In this document: positions 36,081-48,176 of the stretch, in pieces
Layout: each line of letters opens with the position of its first letter
How positions within the stretch are numbered: the stretch's first letter is position 1
Source of the DNA: Flavobacteriaceae bacterium
GTDB lineage: Bacteria > Bacteroidota > Bacteroidia > Flavobacteriales > Weeksellaceae
DNA length: 64,000 bases
Direction: 5' to 3'
Assembly: GCA_018260565.1 (NCBI GenBank)
Contig: JAGLAZ010000007.1
Span: 17,763-81,762, forward strand
Position numbers and translations under genes: made by a program
The notes under the pieces: generated by a model
What the model saw: the letters and a program-made list of their open reading frames with translations, nothing else
Database searches by the model: none
What the model was told of the DNA's origin: nothing

Positions 36081-39000
36081 ATGAAAAATTGGGAATTTAG
36101 GCACTGGAACCGTGGTATAGCATTTCTGGTGGCACTCCTTAGTTTCGTATTATATCTTCTAACCATGGAGCCATATTTCGGATTTTGGGATATAGGAGAG
36201 TATATACCTTCGGCCGCAAAATTAGAAGTTACTCATGCCCCTGGCGCAGCATTTTTCCAACTGTTTGGTGCTGCATTATCTATATTTAACTTCGGTAATA
36301 ATGAATGGAGTGCTATTATTATTAATGGTATGTCTTGTTTATTCTCAGGTATTACAATTTATTTCACGTTTCAGATCATTGTTCATTTAGGTTTAAAAGC
36401 AATGAAATGGGATAGCCTCAATCCAACAAAAGAACAGCGAATCGCTGGGTTTATAGCAGCAGCAGCAGGGAGTTTAATATTCGCAGTATCAGATACCTTT
36501 TGGTATAACGCTGTAGAAGGAGAGGTTTATTCTATGGCAAGCTTATTTGTTTCATTAATTATATGGTTAATGGTACAATGGGATCGTTCCATGGATATAG
36601 AAGATAAAAATAAAGCTAAAAATCCTGCCATTACCACCAAAAATTCATCCTTACGCTGGGTAATTTTGTTATTTTTTGTTGCCGGTTTAAGTGTCGGTAT
36701 CCATATGATGTGTCTTTTAGCTGTACCTGCTGCATGCCTACTTTATTATTCTAGGAGAGAAAAATTTGAATGGAAATCCTTCATCATAGCAAATGCAGTT
36801 ACTCTGGTAGTATTGATTATACTTTATAAATTCATCTTCCCTTTCGTGATGATGTTATTTGGCGAACTGGAAATTTTTGCGGTCAATTATCTTTCCCTAC
36901 CCTTTCATAGCGGAACGCTAATAGCCTCTATATTATTAATAGCAATATTGTATTTCTTAAATAAAATAAGTTTTACAACGAGGAATCATCTTGCAAAAAC
37001 AGCCACTTTATCCTTTACTTTTTTATTAATTGGTTTTTTATGCTGGATGGTAATCCCTATTAGAGCCAATGCAAATCCACCAATGAACCTTAATAATCCT
37101 GATAATGCTCTCAGTATGAGGGATTATTATAATAGGGAACAGTATGGTGATTGGCCTACTTTTTATGGACAAAATTATACTGCTTATCTAGATAATGCAG
37201 GAATGAAAAAAGATGAAAATGGAAATACCAAAACTATTTCACGAGGAAATATTTACGAAAAAAATGAAAAAACTAAGCGCTATGAGCGTGTGGGTGAGCA
37301 CTTCAGCTATGAATATGATGACCGGCATGTAGGATTTTTTCCGCGTATGTACCAAGGAATGGGCAACGAGGGGAAATCCATAATGGCCAATTATATTAGT
37401 ATGTATGGAGCTCCAGATTTTGAGCTAAACACGGATAATGAAAATATTAACGGAAATCCTGATGCGGAAAAAATGTTTCTTCATCTCAAACAAAAAGCAG
37501 CTGATGGAACTATTACCGTACAAGATTTTTTAGATGCCAAGGAATATGATCTTCTTCGGGTACATAAGCCTACATTAGGACAAAATATATCATATTTCTT
37601 TGGATTTCAGCTAAATCATTATTTTTTACGTTATCTGGCTTGGAACTTTGTTGGTCGGCAAAACGACATGGAAGGACAAATGCAAATTACACGCGGAAAT
37701 TGGCAGAGTGGAATACCTTTTATTGATAATTTGCACCTAGGAGATAGTGAGAATATGCCTGCAAAATATAAAAATGAAAGCAGTGCCAGTTATTATTTTC
37801 TTCCATTTATATTGGGATTAATAGGTCTCTTTTTTCAAGCTTTTCAAGATTTCAAGCGATTTTATGCTATGCTGGCTTTATTTATCCTATCCAGTGTCGG
37901 GATTATTTTTTATACCAGTGTAAAACCTTTTGAACCGCGAGAAAGAGACTATGCAATGGTAGGAAGTTTCTTCGTATTTGCTTTATGGACAGGTCTTGGA
38001 GTACTTTCGATATATAATTTCCTAATTTCCAAAATAAAACAAAAAAACTTACGTAGCGCATGGCTACTTCCATTTATGGGAATTCCTATTCTCATGCTGT
38101 TCCAAAATTTCACTAGCCACGATAGAAGTAATAGAAGTGCTGCTTATGATTTTGCTGTTTCTAATGTAAAAAACTTGCCTAAAAACAGTATTTTATTTGT
38201 AGTAGCTGATAATGATACCTACCCTCTATGGTCCCTTCAGGAAACAAATGAGTATAGAACTGATATTAAAATAATTAACACCACATTAGCTGGAACTGCC
38301 TGGAATGCGGTACAGCTGAAGCGCAAAACGAATGCTTCACCCCCTATTCCATCCTCGCTTAGTAAAGAATTTTATGGTGAAGGAAAAAATGAGCAGGTAT
38401 ATGTGATGAGTAAGGAGGATTGGGCAAATATTTTCAAGAATATGGAATCCCAAGGCGTAAACTTCTCTGAGCTATCCGAGTTTACTAAATTCCTTACACA
38501 AGATAGCCTTACGGCAAAAGAGGCAGTAGATTTTTTGAAATATACTTCCCCACAAAAGGATACCATCCTGAAAATGATCTTTGGTGAAAAGGATTTATCA
38601 TCATTTAATATTTTACCTGTTCAAAAAATAATTGTTCCTGTAAATATCCCTAATGCCGTAGCATCTGGGTCTATAACAGCCGAAGAAGCAAGAAATGCTT
38701 TACCCAATTTAGTCATTGATTACAAATCTAATGTAATGACAAAGAGTGGTATTATCATGTTGGATATTTTGGCTAATAATGATTGGAGACAAGCGATATC
38801 TGTAAGTGCTGGTGCAGTGTATGATCCATCTGGAATGCTTTTTCTACAAGATTATTTACAATTCGATGGCTTCACCTACTCATTGGTTCCATTTAAAACA
38901 CCAAGAGCAGAAACGGGAGAGTTTGGAAGAGTAAATGCGCAAAAACTGTATCAATCAGTAAAAGGTTTCCAGTGGGGAGGTCTTGAAAATAAAAAAACAC

Positions 39001-39620
39001 ACTTCGATGAGACTGGAATTTCCAATATTTACGGGTATCGGTTATCAGCTTCGCGCGCTGCAGAGGCTTTAGTAAAGGCAGGTGATCCTGCCAAAGCATT
39101 GGAAGTGTTAAACTTAGTTCAAAAAATGATACCTTCAGATAAATATGCTGATGCTAAAAGCTTAGGCGGCATAATCAATGCGTATATTTTAGTTGGTCAG
39201 GAACAAAAAGCGCTTTCATTGGCTAAAAAACTTCAAAATGATATTTGGAAAGAGTATCAATATTTTAAAAACTTACCAGATGACACAAGACAATATGTAG
39301 GAAAAGATATGGAAATGAAACCTTTAGAGTATTCTATTGTGGTTTCTGCTGTAGTGGATGCTTATAGACTTAAAGGAAAAAATAATGAGGCCTATTCATA
39401 TGCAATCAAAGCATTGGAACCAGTAGATAAAGAATTTAAAAAATTCATCACTGACCTTAAAAATAGCCCTCAAGAAAAGAGATATGAAAAGAGCATTAAT
39501 GCAGGCGAAATAACTTCATTTTATCAATATTTATTCGGTGTGATGGACGGATTTGATAGCACCTATAGCAAAGAAAAAAGGGCACAGCTAGAAAGAGATA
39601 TCATTCAGGCTGCCAAATAA
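36081..39620 (+). CDS. DUF2723/TMEM260-like large GT-C-fold membrane protein (putative glycosyltransferase) with C-terminal soluble helical-repeat region
   Basis: 1179 aa. The N-terminal polytopic region with YFGFWDIGEYIPSAAKLEVTHAPGAAFFQLFG is typical of DUF2723. The C-terminal ~450 aa are soluble. Confidence 0.7.
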   Translation: MKNWEFRHWNRGIAFLVALLSFVLYLLTMEPYFGFWDIGEYIPSAAKLEVTHAPGAAFFQLFGAALSIFNFGNNEWSAIIINGMSCLFSGITIYFTFQIIVHLGLKAMKWDSLNPTKEQRIAGFIAAAAGSLIFAVSDTFWYNAVEGEVYSMASLFVSLIIWLMVQWDRSMDIEDKNKAKNPAITTKNSSLRWVILLFFVAGLSVGIHMMCLLAVPAACLLYYSRREKFEWKSFIIANAVTLVVLIILYKFIFPFVMMLFGELEIFAVNYLSLPFHSGTLIASILLIAILYFLNKISFTTRNHLAKTATLSFTFLLIGFLCWMVIPIRANANPPMNLNNPDNALSMRDYYNREQYGDWPTFYGQNYTAYLDNAGMKKDENGNTKTISRGNIYEKNEKTKRYERVGEHFSYEYDDRHVGFFPRMYQGMGNEGKSIMANYISMYGAPDFELNTDNENINGNPDAEKMFLHLKQKAADGTITVQDFLDAKEYDLLRVHKPTLGQNISYFFGFQLNHYFLRYLAWNFVGRQNDMEGQMQITRGNWQSGIPFIDNLHLGDSENMPAKYKNESSASYYFLPFILGLIGLFFQAFQDFKRFYAMLALFILSSVGIIFYTSVKPFEPRERDYAMVGSFFVFALWTGLGVLSIYNFLISKIKQKNLRSAWLLPFMGIPILMLFQNFTSHDRSNRSAAYDFAVSNVKNLPKNSILFVVADNDTYPLWSLQETNEYRTDIKIINTTLAGTAWNAVQLKRKTNASPPIPSSLSKEFYGEGKNEQVYVMSKEDWANIFKNMESQGVNFSELSEFTKFLTQDSLTAKEAVDFLKYTSPQKDTILKMIFGEKDLSSFNILPVQKIIVPVNIPNAVASGSITAEEARNALPNLVIDYKSNVMTKSGIIMLDILANNDWRQAISVSAGAVYDPSGMLFLQDYLQFDGFTYSLVPFKTPRAETGEFGRVNAQKLYQSVKGFQWGGLENKKTHFDETGISNIYGYRLSASRAAEALVKAGDPAKALEVLNLVQKMIPSDKYADAKSLGGIINAYILVGQEQKALSLAKKLQNDIWKEYQYFKNLPDDTRQYVGKDMEMKPLEYSIVVSAVVDAYRLKGKNNEAYSYAIKALEPVDKEFKKFITDLKNSPQEKRYEKSINAGEITSFYQYLFGVMDGFDSTYSKEKRAQLERDIIQAAK

Positions 39621-39626
39621 TCATCT

Positions 39627-41153
39627 ATGCCAGAGCTTACGAAAAATCTGCGCGAAAGGCGTACAATTCATTGGGTATTTTGGGGAGCTGCAGCTGCAAT
39701 CCTGATTAAGATAGTCTTTCTTTTCACCCACCATATTCAGGAAGATGCTTTTATTACTTGGAGAGTAGCGCAAAATCTTTTGGATTATAGTGTTATAGGT
39801 TTCAATGGAGATATTAAAATAAGTGCCAGTACCACACATTTATATGTATTCCTTTCCTATATATATAACGTACTATTTGGCAAATACAATTTCATATATC
39901 CGCTTCTTTTGACTAATACACTACTCTTTACAATTGGGAGTTATTGGTTAGGAAAATTACTACGTTTAGAAGTTCGGAGATTAGGTGTTTTTATTTTCAT
40001 CTTTGGTATTTTACCAGCTTCTATTAAGATTGGGATATTAGGAATGGAATATGGTCTTTTATTTTTTCTTGAAATGGCATTCCTTTATTTTGGGTTAGCT
40101 AAAAATAGAAATTGGGCCAAACTCGTACTACCATTTTTAATTCTATTTACGCGAATAGACACCCTTATTTTTTTAGGAATTGCATTTATCGTTCAAGTAA
40201 TTTTTACTAAAAAATGGGACTGGAAATTTATGCTGGGAATTTTAATTGGAGTTCTTTCCTGCATTGCATTTAATTATCTATATTTTAATGAAATAGTAAA
40301 TAATACCATTGTAGCGAAACAAAACGCATACAAAATCTTACAAAATATAAGTTTTTCACAAAGGATAAATGAATTTTTATACTATTTTCCACATTTTGGA
40401 GGTATGCTTAAACTTCCTGGAGCGAATCCTATTTTTTGGATAATTTTAGTATTTGAAATAGCAGCTTTTATTATCTGTATCAAACACGAAAAAGAAAATA
40501 CTAAGAAATTTCTTGTTATCCTATTTGGTTTTGGAATTGTAAAAACCTTCGTATTTCTATCTCAAAGAAGTTATTTTGATTGGTATTATTGGGTACCACA
40601 GTTGTGTCTATTTTTACCTATTATATTATTATTGTTAAGACAAAAAATAACTAAAGTTAGTAGGTGGTATTGGGTGTCATTTTCACTGTTTTACCTCCTT
40701 CCTTTAATTATTTTTCAAGCTATACACAGCATTGCTACTGGTAATGGTGAATGGAATTACCGTCGTTCTATAGGTTTATATTTAAATTCTATTGAACCTG
40801 ATAAGTCCCAATGGATTTTTCTAGAACCTGCTGGATATATACCCTATTTTTCAGGTTTAAAAACTATTGATGAGGTAGGTCTTGTAGATAAGCCAATTCA
40901 AAAAGTTATTCATGATCATCCTGAAAATTTTAGATATATAATTGCTAAAACGAGACAGCCGAAATATATTTTGGCCTATATGCCACTAACACAAGATAAT
41001 TCGGAAGAAGGTAATTTTTACAAGAATCATTATATTCTAATTAAAACTTTTAGAATTAATGAACATCTTTCTCACCCTAATCCTTTAATTCAAAAAATTT
41101 ATAAGCTAAAACCATCAGGAACTGACTATAATCTCTACCAAAAAATTCAGTAA
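39627..41153 (+). CDS. polytopic integral membrane protein, family not assigned (possible GT-C-like glycosyltransferase)
   Basis: 508 aa with at least 10 predicted TM helices. It starts 6 nt after the DUF2723 gene. The glycosyltransferase idea comes only from topology and context. Confidence 0.5.
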   Translation: MPELTKNLRERRTIHWVFWGAAAAILIKIVFLFTHHIQEDAFITWRVAQNLLDYSVIGFNGDIKISASTTHLYVFLSYIYNVLFGKYNFIYPLLLTNTLLFTIGSYWLGKLLRLEVRRLGVFIFIFGILPASIKIGILGMEYGLLFFLEMAFLYFGLAKNRNWAKLVLPFLILFTRIDTLIFLGIAFIVQVIFTKKWDWKFMLGILIGVLSCIAFNYLYFNEIVNNTIVAKQNAYKILQNISFSQRINEFLYYFPHFGGMLKLPGANPIFWIILVFEIAAFIICIKHEKENTKKFLVILFGFGIVKTFVFLSQRSYFDWYYWVPQLCLFLPIILLLLRQKITKVSRWYWVSFSLFYLLPLIIFQAIHSIATGNGEWNYRRSIGLYLNSIEPDKSQWIFLEPAGYIPYFSGLKTIDEVGLVDKPIQKVIHDHPENFRYIIAKTRQPKYILAYMPLTQDNSEEGNFYKNHYILIKTFRINEHLSHPNPLIQKIYKLKPSGTDYNLYQKIQ

Positions 41154-41154
41154 A

Positions 41155-41964
41155 ATGAAACTTCCCTTTCCTAAAATAAAAATCTTTTCAACCCCTAATT
41201 TTTTTCTTGTTGCAGGGCCATGTGCCATAGAGAGTGAAGAAATCAGTTTTGAGATTGCAGAAACTCTTATTTCTATTACAGAAAAGCTTAATATACCATT
41301 CATTTATAAAGGGAGTTTTAAAAAAGCCAATCGTTCTCGTCTGGACTCTTTTACAGGTATTGGAGATTTGAAAGCCTTGAATATATTAAAAAAAATCTCT
41401 GACAATTTTCATATTCCAGTCATTACCGATATTCATGAACCTACTGATGCCGCCATGGCTGCAGAATATGTCGATGTTTTACAAATTCCTGCCTTTTTAG
41501 CCAGACAAACAGATCTGCTGGTAGCTGCAGCCAAAACAAAACTTCCTGTTTGTATTAAAAAAGGGCAATTTATGTCTCCAGAAAGTATGAAATTTGCTAT
41601 TGAAAAATGTCAGGAGAGTGGAAATGATTCTCTTTTTTTAGTGGAGCGAGGGACTTTTTTTGGATACCAGGATTTGGTAGTAGATTTTAGATCCATACCC
41701 ACGATGCAAAAATTTGCACCCGTAATTCTTGATATTACACATTCTTTACAGCAACCCAATCAAGTTTCTGGAGTTACAGGGGGTCTGCCGGAAATGATTT
41801 CATGCATAGCAAAAGCCGGAATAGCTGCAGGTGTAGATGGAATATTCTTGGAGACACATCCTAATCCAAGTGAAGCAAAATCTGATAGCGCGAATATGCT
41901 TCCGCTGGCCCAGGTAGAAGAATTATTAATAAAATTGACTGAAATACGCAAAGCTTTAACTTAA
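41155..41964 (+). CDS. kdsA: 3-deoxy-8-phosphooctulonate (Kdo-8-P) synthase
   Basis: 269 aa. Motifs AGPCAIES, KGSFKKANRS, ITDIHE and HSLQQP. Confidence 0.9.
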   Translation: MKLPFPKIKIFSTPNFFLVAGPCAIESEEISFEIAETLISITEKLNIPFIYKGSFKKANRSRLDSFTGIGDLKALNILKKISDNFHIPVITDIHEPTDAAMAAEYVDVLQIPAFLARQTDLLVAAAKTKLPVCIKKGQFMSPESMKFAIEKCQESGNDSLFLVERGTFFGYQDLVVDFRSIPTMQKFAPVILDITHSLQQPNQVSGVTGGLPEMISCIAKAGIAAGVDGIFLETHPNPSEAKSDSANMLPLAQVEELLIKLTEIRKALT

Positions 41965-41966
41965 TT

Positions 41967-44225
41967 ATGGTATTTTCAACAAAAAATCTGCCTGTGAACG
42001 GTCTGTCTTTTATCAAAATCCTACTTTTTAGTGTATTATTTATTTCTTTACCAGTTTCGGCTCAAAGAAAAAAGGACACTGTAAGATCCACTCAGGAAGA
42101 AAAAAACCTGAAAGAAATTGTTTTTCAGCGAAGCAGTAGAGGAATAGGTAAAAATACAGATATTTCATCTGTAAATATTAATAGAAAGGATGCTCAGCAG
42201 GTAACAAGTGTATCTGGTGGGATAGAAGCCATTCTAAAAACGCTACCCTCTGTAAACTCCAATACAGAACTTTCTTCTCAATACATGGTTCGTGGAGGAA
42301 ATTATGATGAAAATTTGGTGTATATCAATGATGTAGAAGTATATAGACCTTTTCTTATTCGGAATTCGGTACAGGAAGGTCTAAGTATCATAAATCCAGA
42401 CTTAGTTTCTATCGTAAATTTTTCTGCGGGGGGATTTGAGGCCCGTTATGGAGATAAGATGTCCAGTGCGCTAAATATATATTATAGAGAACCGCAAAAA
42501 TTAGAAGTTTCCGGAGAAGCCAGTCTTATTGGTGGCCGCCTTACGGGAGGATATGCAACTGAAAATAATAAGCTTTCTGCAATACTTTCTGCTCGATATA
42601 GAAATACCAATCTTTTGCTAAAAACATTTAATGAGGATTCCGACTTTAATCCTATTTATTTGGATGCTCAGACCTATATCAATTATCATCCATCAGAGAA
42701 ATTAAGCTTATCCTTTTTAGGTATAGCTTCGGAAAACCAGTTTAACATGGTACCTAAAAGTAAACAGATTGATTTTGGATCCCTACAAAATCCGTATCGT
42801 CTTACTGTAGCTTACAATGGTACCGAAAAAGACCGATATAGAAATTATATGGGAACCCTATCTGCAGTTTATCGGCCAAAGGATAATATTCGCATAATTT
42901 GGGATAATTTTTATTATCAAAACAGAGAAAGAGAATATTACAGCATCGCTTCGGCATACCAACTTCAAGCACAGGATCCTATTACCGGGCAACCCAATAC
43001 CACTTATGAAATTGGGGGACAAATAGAGCATGCTAGGAATGACGTATTGGTAAAAACATATGGAGCACAAGTGAGATCTAGATATGATCTTAACCCCAAT
43101 ACAAGCTTGGAAGCTGGTGTCAAGTATGAAAAGGAAAATTTACAAGATCTTACCAATGAGTGGAGACTTATAGATTCCGCCGGTTACTCCGTACCTAGAG
43201 CAAATACTATACCTGGAAGTCTAGATGTATCAAATTTAGACCTTAACTATTTAATTTCGGGAAAAAATTCCCTTGATGCTACACGGATTTCTGGCTACAT
43301 ACAAGCTTCACATAATTTGCTATGGAATACCAATAAAGTTCATATAAATGCAGGTGTAAGAATATCAAACTGGTCCTTTAACAATGAAACTTTAGTATCT
43401 CCTAGAGTACAATTTGCACTTAAACCAGACTGGAAAAGTGATATCCTTTTCCGTCTTTCTGGAGGCGTATATTATCAGGCACCCTTTTATAAGGAAATTA
43501 AAACCCTACAAGGCGACTTGAGCAATCAAATAAAAGCGCAGCGATCTTACCAAGCGATTTTAGGTAGCGATTATGAATTTGAATTTGACGATCGCCCTTT
43601 TAAATTGACTGCTGAATTGTATTACAAGAAAATGGATCGCCTTATCCCCTATTTTATGGATAATGTAAGGCTGCGTTATTCTGGTAAAAATAATGCCACA
43701 GGATATGCATATGGTATAGATACAAGGCTTTTTGGGGAATTTGTTCCAGGCATAGATTCTTGGATATCTGCTAGTTACGCAAGAGCCTATGAAAATATTG
43801 ATGGTAAAGGAGATATTCCTCGACCTACCGACCAAGGTTATCGTTTTGGCTTATTTTATCAGGATTACATGCCTAGATTTCCCAGAATGAGAGTAAACTT
43901 ATCTGCAGTTTGGGCTCAGGGATTGCCTAATGGAGCGCCTTTATTTAATAATCCGTACCAATTCACGAAGAAATTGCCCGATTATAAAAGGGTGGATATC
44001 GGTCTTAGCTATGTATTTAAAGATGCTAAAAATAGTGATTCTCCTATAGGATTTTTAGATTTTTTTGATGAGATGATTCTAAGTATCCAGGTATTTAATG
44101 CATTTAATATAAATAACACAATTGCAAACCAATGGATTACGGATGTTAGTACAAACTATATTTTCCCTGTACCTGTACGCCTAACGGGTAGATTTTTTAA
44201 TGCAGAAATTGATTTCAAATTATAA
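41967..44225 (+). CDS. TonB-dependent receptor-like outer membrane barrel
   Basis: 752 aa with a signal peptide, a plug region (VRGGNYDENLVYINDVEVYRPF...GGFEARYGDKMSSALNIYYREP) and a long beta-barrel ending ...FNAEIDFKL. Confidence 0.75.
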   Translation: MVFSTKNLPVNGLSFIKILLFSVLFISLPVSAQRKKDTVRSTQEEKNLKEIVFQRSSRGIGKNTDISSVNINRKDAQQVTSVSGGIEAILKTLPSVNSNTELSSQYMVRGGNYDENLVYINDVEVYRPFLIRNSVQEGLSIINPDLVSIVNFSAGGFEARYGDKMSSALNIYYREPQKLEVSGEASLIGGRLTGGYATENNKLSAILSARYRNTNLLLKTFNEDSDFNPIYLDAQTYINYHPSEKLSLSFLGIASENQFNMVPKSKQIDFGSLQNPYRLTVAYNGTEKDRYRNYMGTLSAVYRPKDNIRIIWDNFYYQNREREYYSIASAYQLQAQDPITGQPNTTYEIGGQIEHARNDVLVKTYGAQVRSRYDLNPNTSLEAGVKYEKENLQDLTNEWRLIDSAGYSVPRANTIPGSLDVSNLDLNYLISGKNSLDATRISGYIQASHNLLWNTNKVHINAGVRISNWSFNNETLVSPRVQFALKPDWKSDILFRLSGGVYYQAPFYKEIKTLQGDLSNQIKAQRSYQAILGSDYEFEFDDRPFKLTAELYYKKMDRLIPYFMDNVRLRYSGKNNATGYAYGIDTRLFGEFVPGIDSWISASYARAYENIDGKGDIPRPTDQGYRFGLFYQDYMPRFPRMRVNLSAVWAQGLPNGAPLFNNPYQFTKKLPDYKRVDIGLSYVFKDAKNSDSPIGFLDFFDEMILSIQVFNAFNINNTIANQWITDVSTNYIFPVPVRLTGRFFNAEIDFKL

Positions 44226-44274
44226 ATGTTTTTATTCAAGACATTAACATTATATTTAACAAAAATTATACTTA

Positions 44275-46047
44275 ATGCTAGTAACCCGACTGTTTGATAT
44301 AGCTGCACGTGCAAATGAAAAGTTTCCAAAAGATGATTTCATGTGTACAAAATATAATGGTGAGTGGGAGAAAACCTCTACAAGTAGGTTTATTTCACTT
44401 TCCAATACTTTCGCCAGAGGTCTTCTTAAGCTTGGCCTAAAACCATTTGATAGAGTTGCTGTAATTACCTCTGCCACTCGTACAGAATGGGCAGTTATTG
44501 ATAGAGGATCTCAGCTCGTAGGTATTACCACAGTACCCATTTATCCCAGTAGTCCAGAAAAAGATTATCAGTATATTTTTGATGATGCAGAGGTAAAATA
44601 TTGTTTTGTATCAGATCTGGCGTTATTAGACAAAGTAAAAACTATTGATGACAAGTGCCATACCCTGGAAGGGATTTTCTCTTTTGACGAAATTCCAGGA
44701 TGTGCCAATTGGAAAGAAATTTTAGATCTCGGGAAAGATGATATTACCCAAAGTGAAGTAGATGAATTAAGCAATGGTATTAAACCAGATGATTTAGCCA
44801 CTATTATATATACTTCTGGAACAACAGGAAAACCAAAAGGTGTTTTGCTCACCCATCAGAATATCTTATCTAATGCTTTGGCAAGTACGAGTAGAATTCC
44901 TTTAACTGGTGATCCTGTAACTCACAATTTTAAAGTTTTAAGTTTTCTTCCTATCTGCCACATATTTGAAAGGATGCTGTTTTATATGTTCCAATATGCT
45001 GGTTTTTCCGTGTATTTTGCAGAAAGCATTGATAAAATGGGTGAAAATATGAAGGAAGTAAAGCCACATTATATGAGTGTTGTTCCTAGACTTTTAGAAA
45101 AAGTTTATGATAAAATTTATGATACGGGCTCATCTGCTGGCGGTTTAAAGAGTAAAATATTTCACTGGGCACTGGAAAATATTGAAAAAAAGAAAACATA
45201 TACAGGACCTACAGGACTAAAGGATAGAATTGCAGATAAACTGGTCTTTTCTAAGTGGAGAGATGCTATGGGAGGCAATATTATTACCTTAGTAAGCGGT
45301 TCTGCACCACTATCTAATAGACTTAATTTAATTTTCCAAAACGCTGGTATCCGTATTTTAGAAGGGTATGGACTTACGGAAACATCTCCTGTAATTTCTG
45401 TAAATTCATTCGAACATTTTAAAATAGGTTCTGTAGGTACTATTTTGGATAATCTGGAAGTAAAAATTGCAGATGATGGAGAGATTCTCGTTAAAGGCCC
45501 GTCCGTAACTTCAGGTTACCTGAATAATGATGAGGCTACTAAAGAAGCCTTTACAACTGATGGTTTCTTTCGAACTGGCGATATTGGCGTTATAGATAAA
45601 GATGGTTTTCTATTCATAACAGATAGAAAAAAGGAAATGTTTAAAACAAGTGGAGGAAAATACATTGCACCGCAAACCATAGAAAATTTAGCCAAAGCTT
45701 CAAAATTCATTGAACAAATAATGGTAGTAGGCGAAAATGAGAAAATGCCAACCGCCCTAATTCAGCCTGATTTCAATTTTGCTAAAAATTGGGCTGCAAG
45801 AAAAAATCTAACAATAGGAAACACTCCAGAGGAAATAGTTAAAAATAAAGAACTTATTTCTCGCATAGAAAAAGATTTAGAACGAGTAAATACTAATCTT
45901 GGGAAATGGGAACAAATTAAAAAATTTACTCTTACTCCGGATGTATGGTCTATAGATAATGGGCTACTGACACCTACATTAAAATTAAAAAGAAAAATTA
46001 TCAAGGAAAAATACAAAGACCTGTACGAGGAAATGTATGGCAGATAA
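44275..46047 (+). CDS. long-chain fatty acid--CoA ligase (AMP-forming)
   Basis: 590 aa. AMP-binding motifs YTSGTTGKPKGV, EGYGLTET, TGDIG and GGKYIAPQ. Confidence 0.85.
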   Translation: MLVTRLFDIAARANEKFPKDDFMCTKYNGEWEKTSTSRFISLSNTFARGLLKLGLKPFDRVAVITSATRTEWAVIDRGSQLVGITTVPIYPSSPEKDYQYIFDDAEVKYCFVSDLALLDKVKTIDDKCHTLEGIFSFDEIPGCANWKEILDLGKDDITQSEVDELSNGIKPDDLATIIYTSGTTGKPKGVLLTHQNILSNALASTSRIPLTGDPVTHNFKVLSFLPICHIFERMLFYMFQYAGFSVYFAESIDKMGENMKEVKPHYMSVVPRLLEKVYDKIYDTGSSAGGLKSKIFHWALENIEKKKTYTGPTGLKDRIADKLVFSKWRDAMGGNIITLVSGSAPLSNRLNLIFQNAGIRILEGYGLTETSPVISVNSFEHFKIGSVGTILDNLEVKIADDGEILVKGPSVTSGYLNNDEATKEAFTTDGFFRTGDIGVIDKDGFLFITDRKKEMFKTSGGKYIAPQTIENLAKASKFIEQIMVVGENEKMPTALIQPDFNFAKNWAARKNLTIGNTPEEIVKNKELISRIEKDLERVNTNLGKWEQIKKFTLTPDVWSIDNGLLTPTLKLKRKIIKEKYKDLYEEMYGR

Positions 46048-46054
46048 CATTCAA

Positions 46055-46077
46055 CATCCGGTTTTATACCGGATTTT

Positions 46078-46080
<3 letters not shown>
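46055..46080. terminator. bidirectional intrinsic terminator
   Basis: atccgg (46056-46061) pairs with ccggat (46069-46074), followed by T5. It lies between convergent genes. Confidence 0.6.
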
Positions 46081-48131
<2,051 letters not shown>

Positions 48132-48164
48132 TCATAGTTTGGATATCGTCAAAACAAGAAATGC

Positions 48165-48172
48165 TATTTTTG
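48165..48172 (+). promoter_or_regulatory. Bacteroidetes-type -7 promoter box (TAnnTTTG)
   Basis: TATTTTTG lies 4 nt upstream of the ATG at 48177, which would imply a very short or absent leader. Confidence 0.3.
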
Positions 48173-48176
48173 CTCT

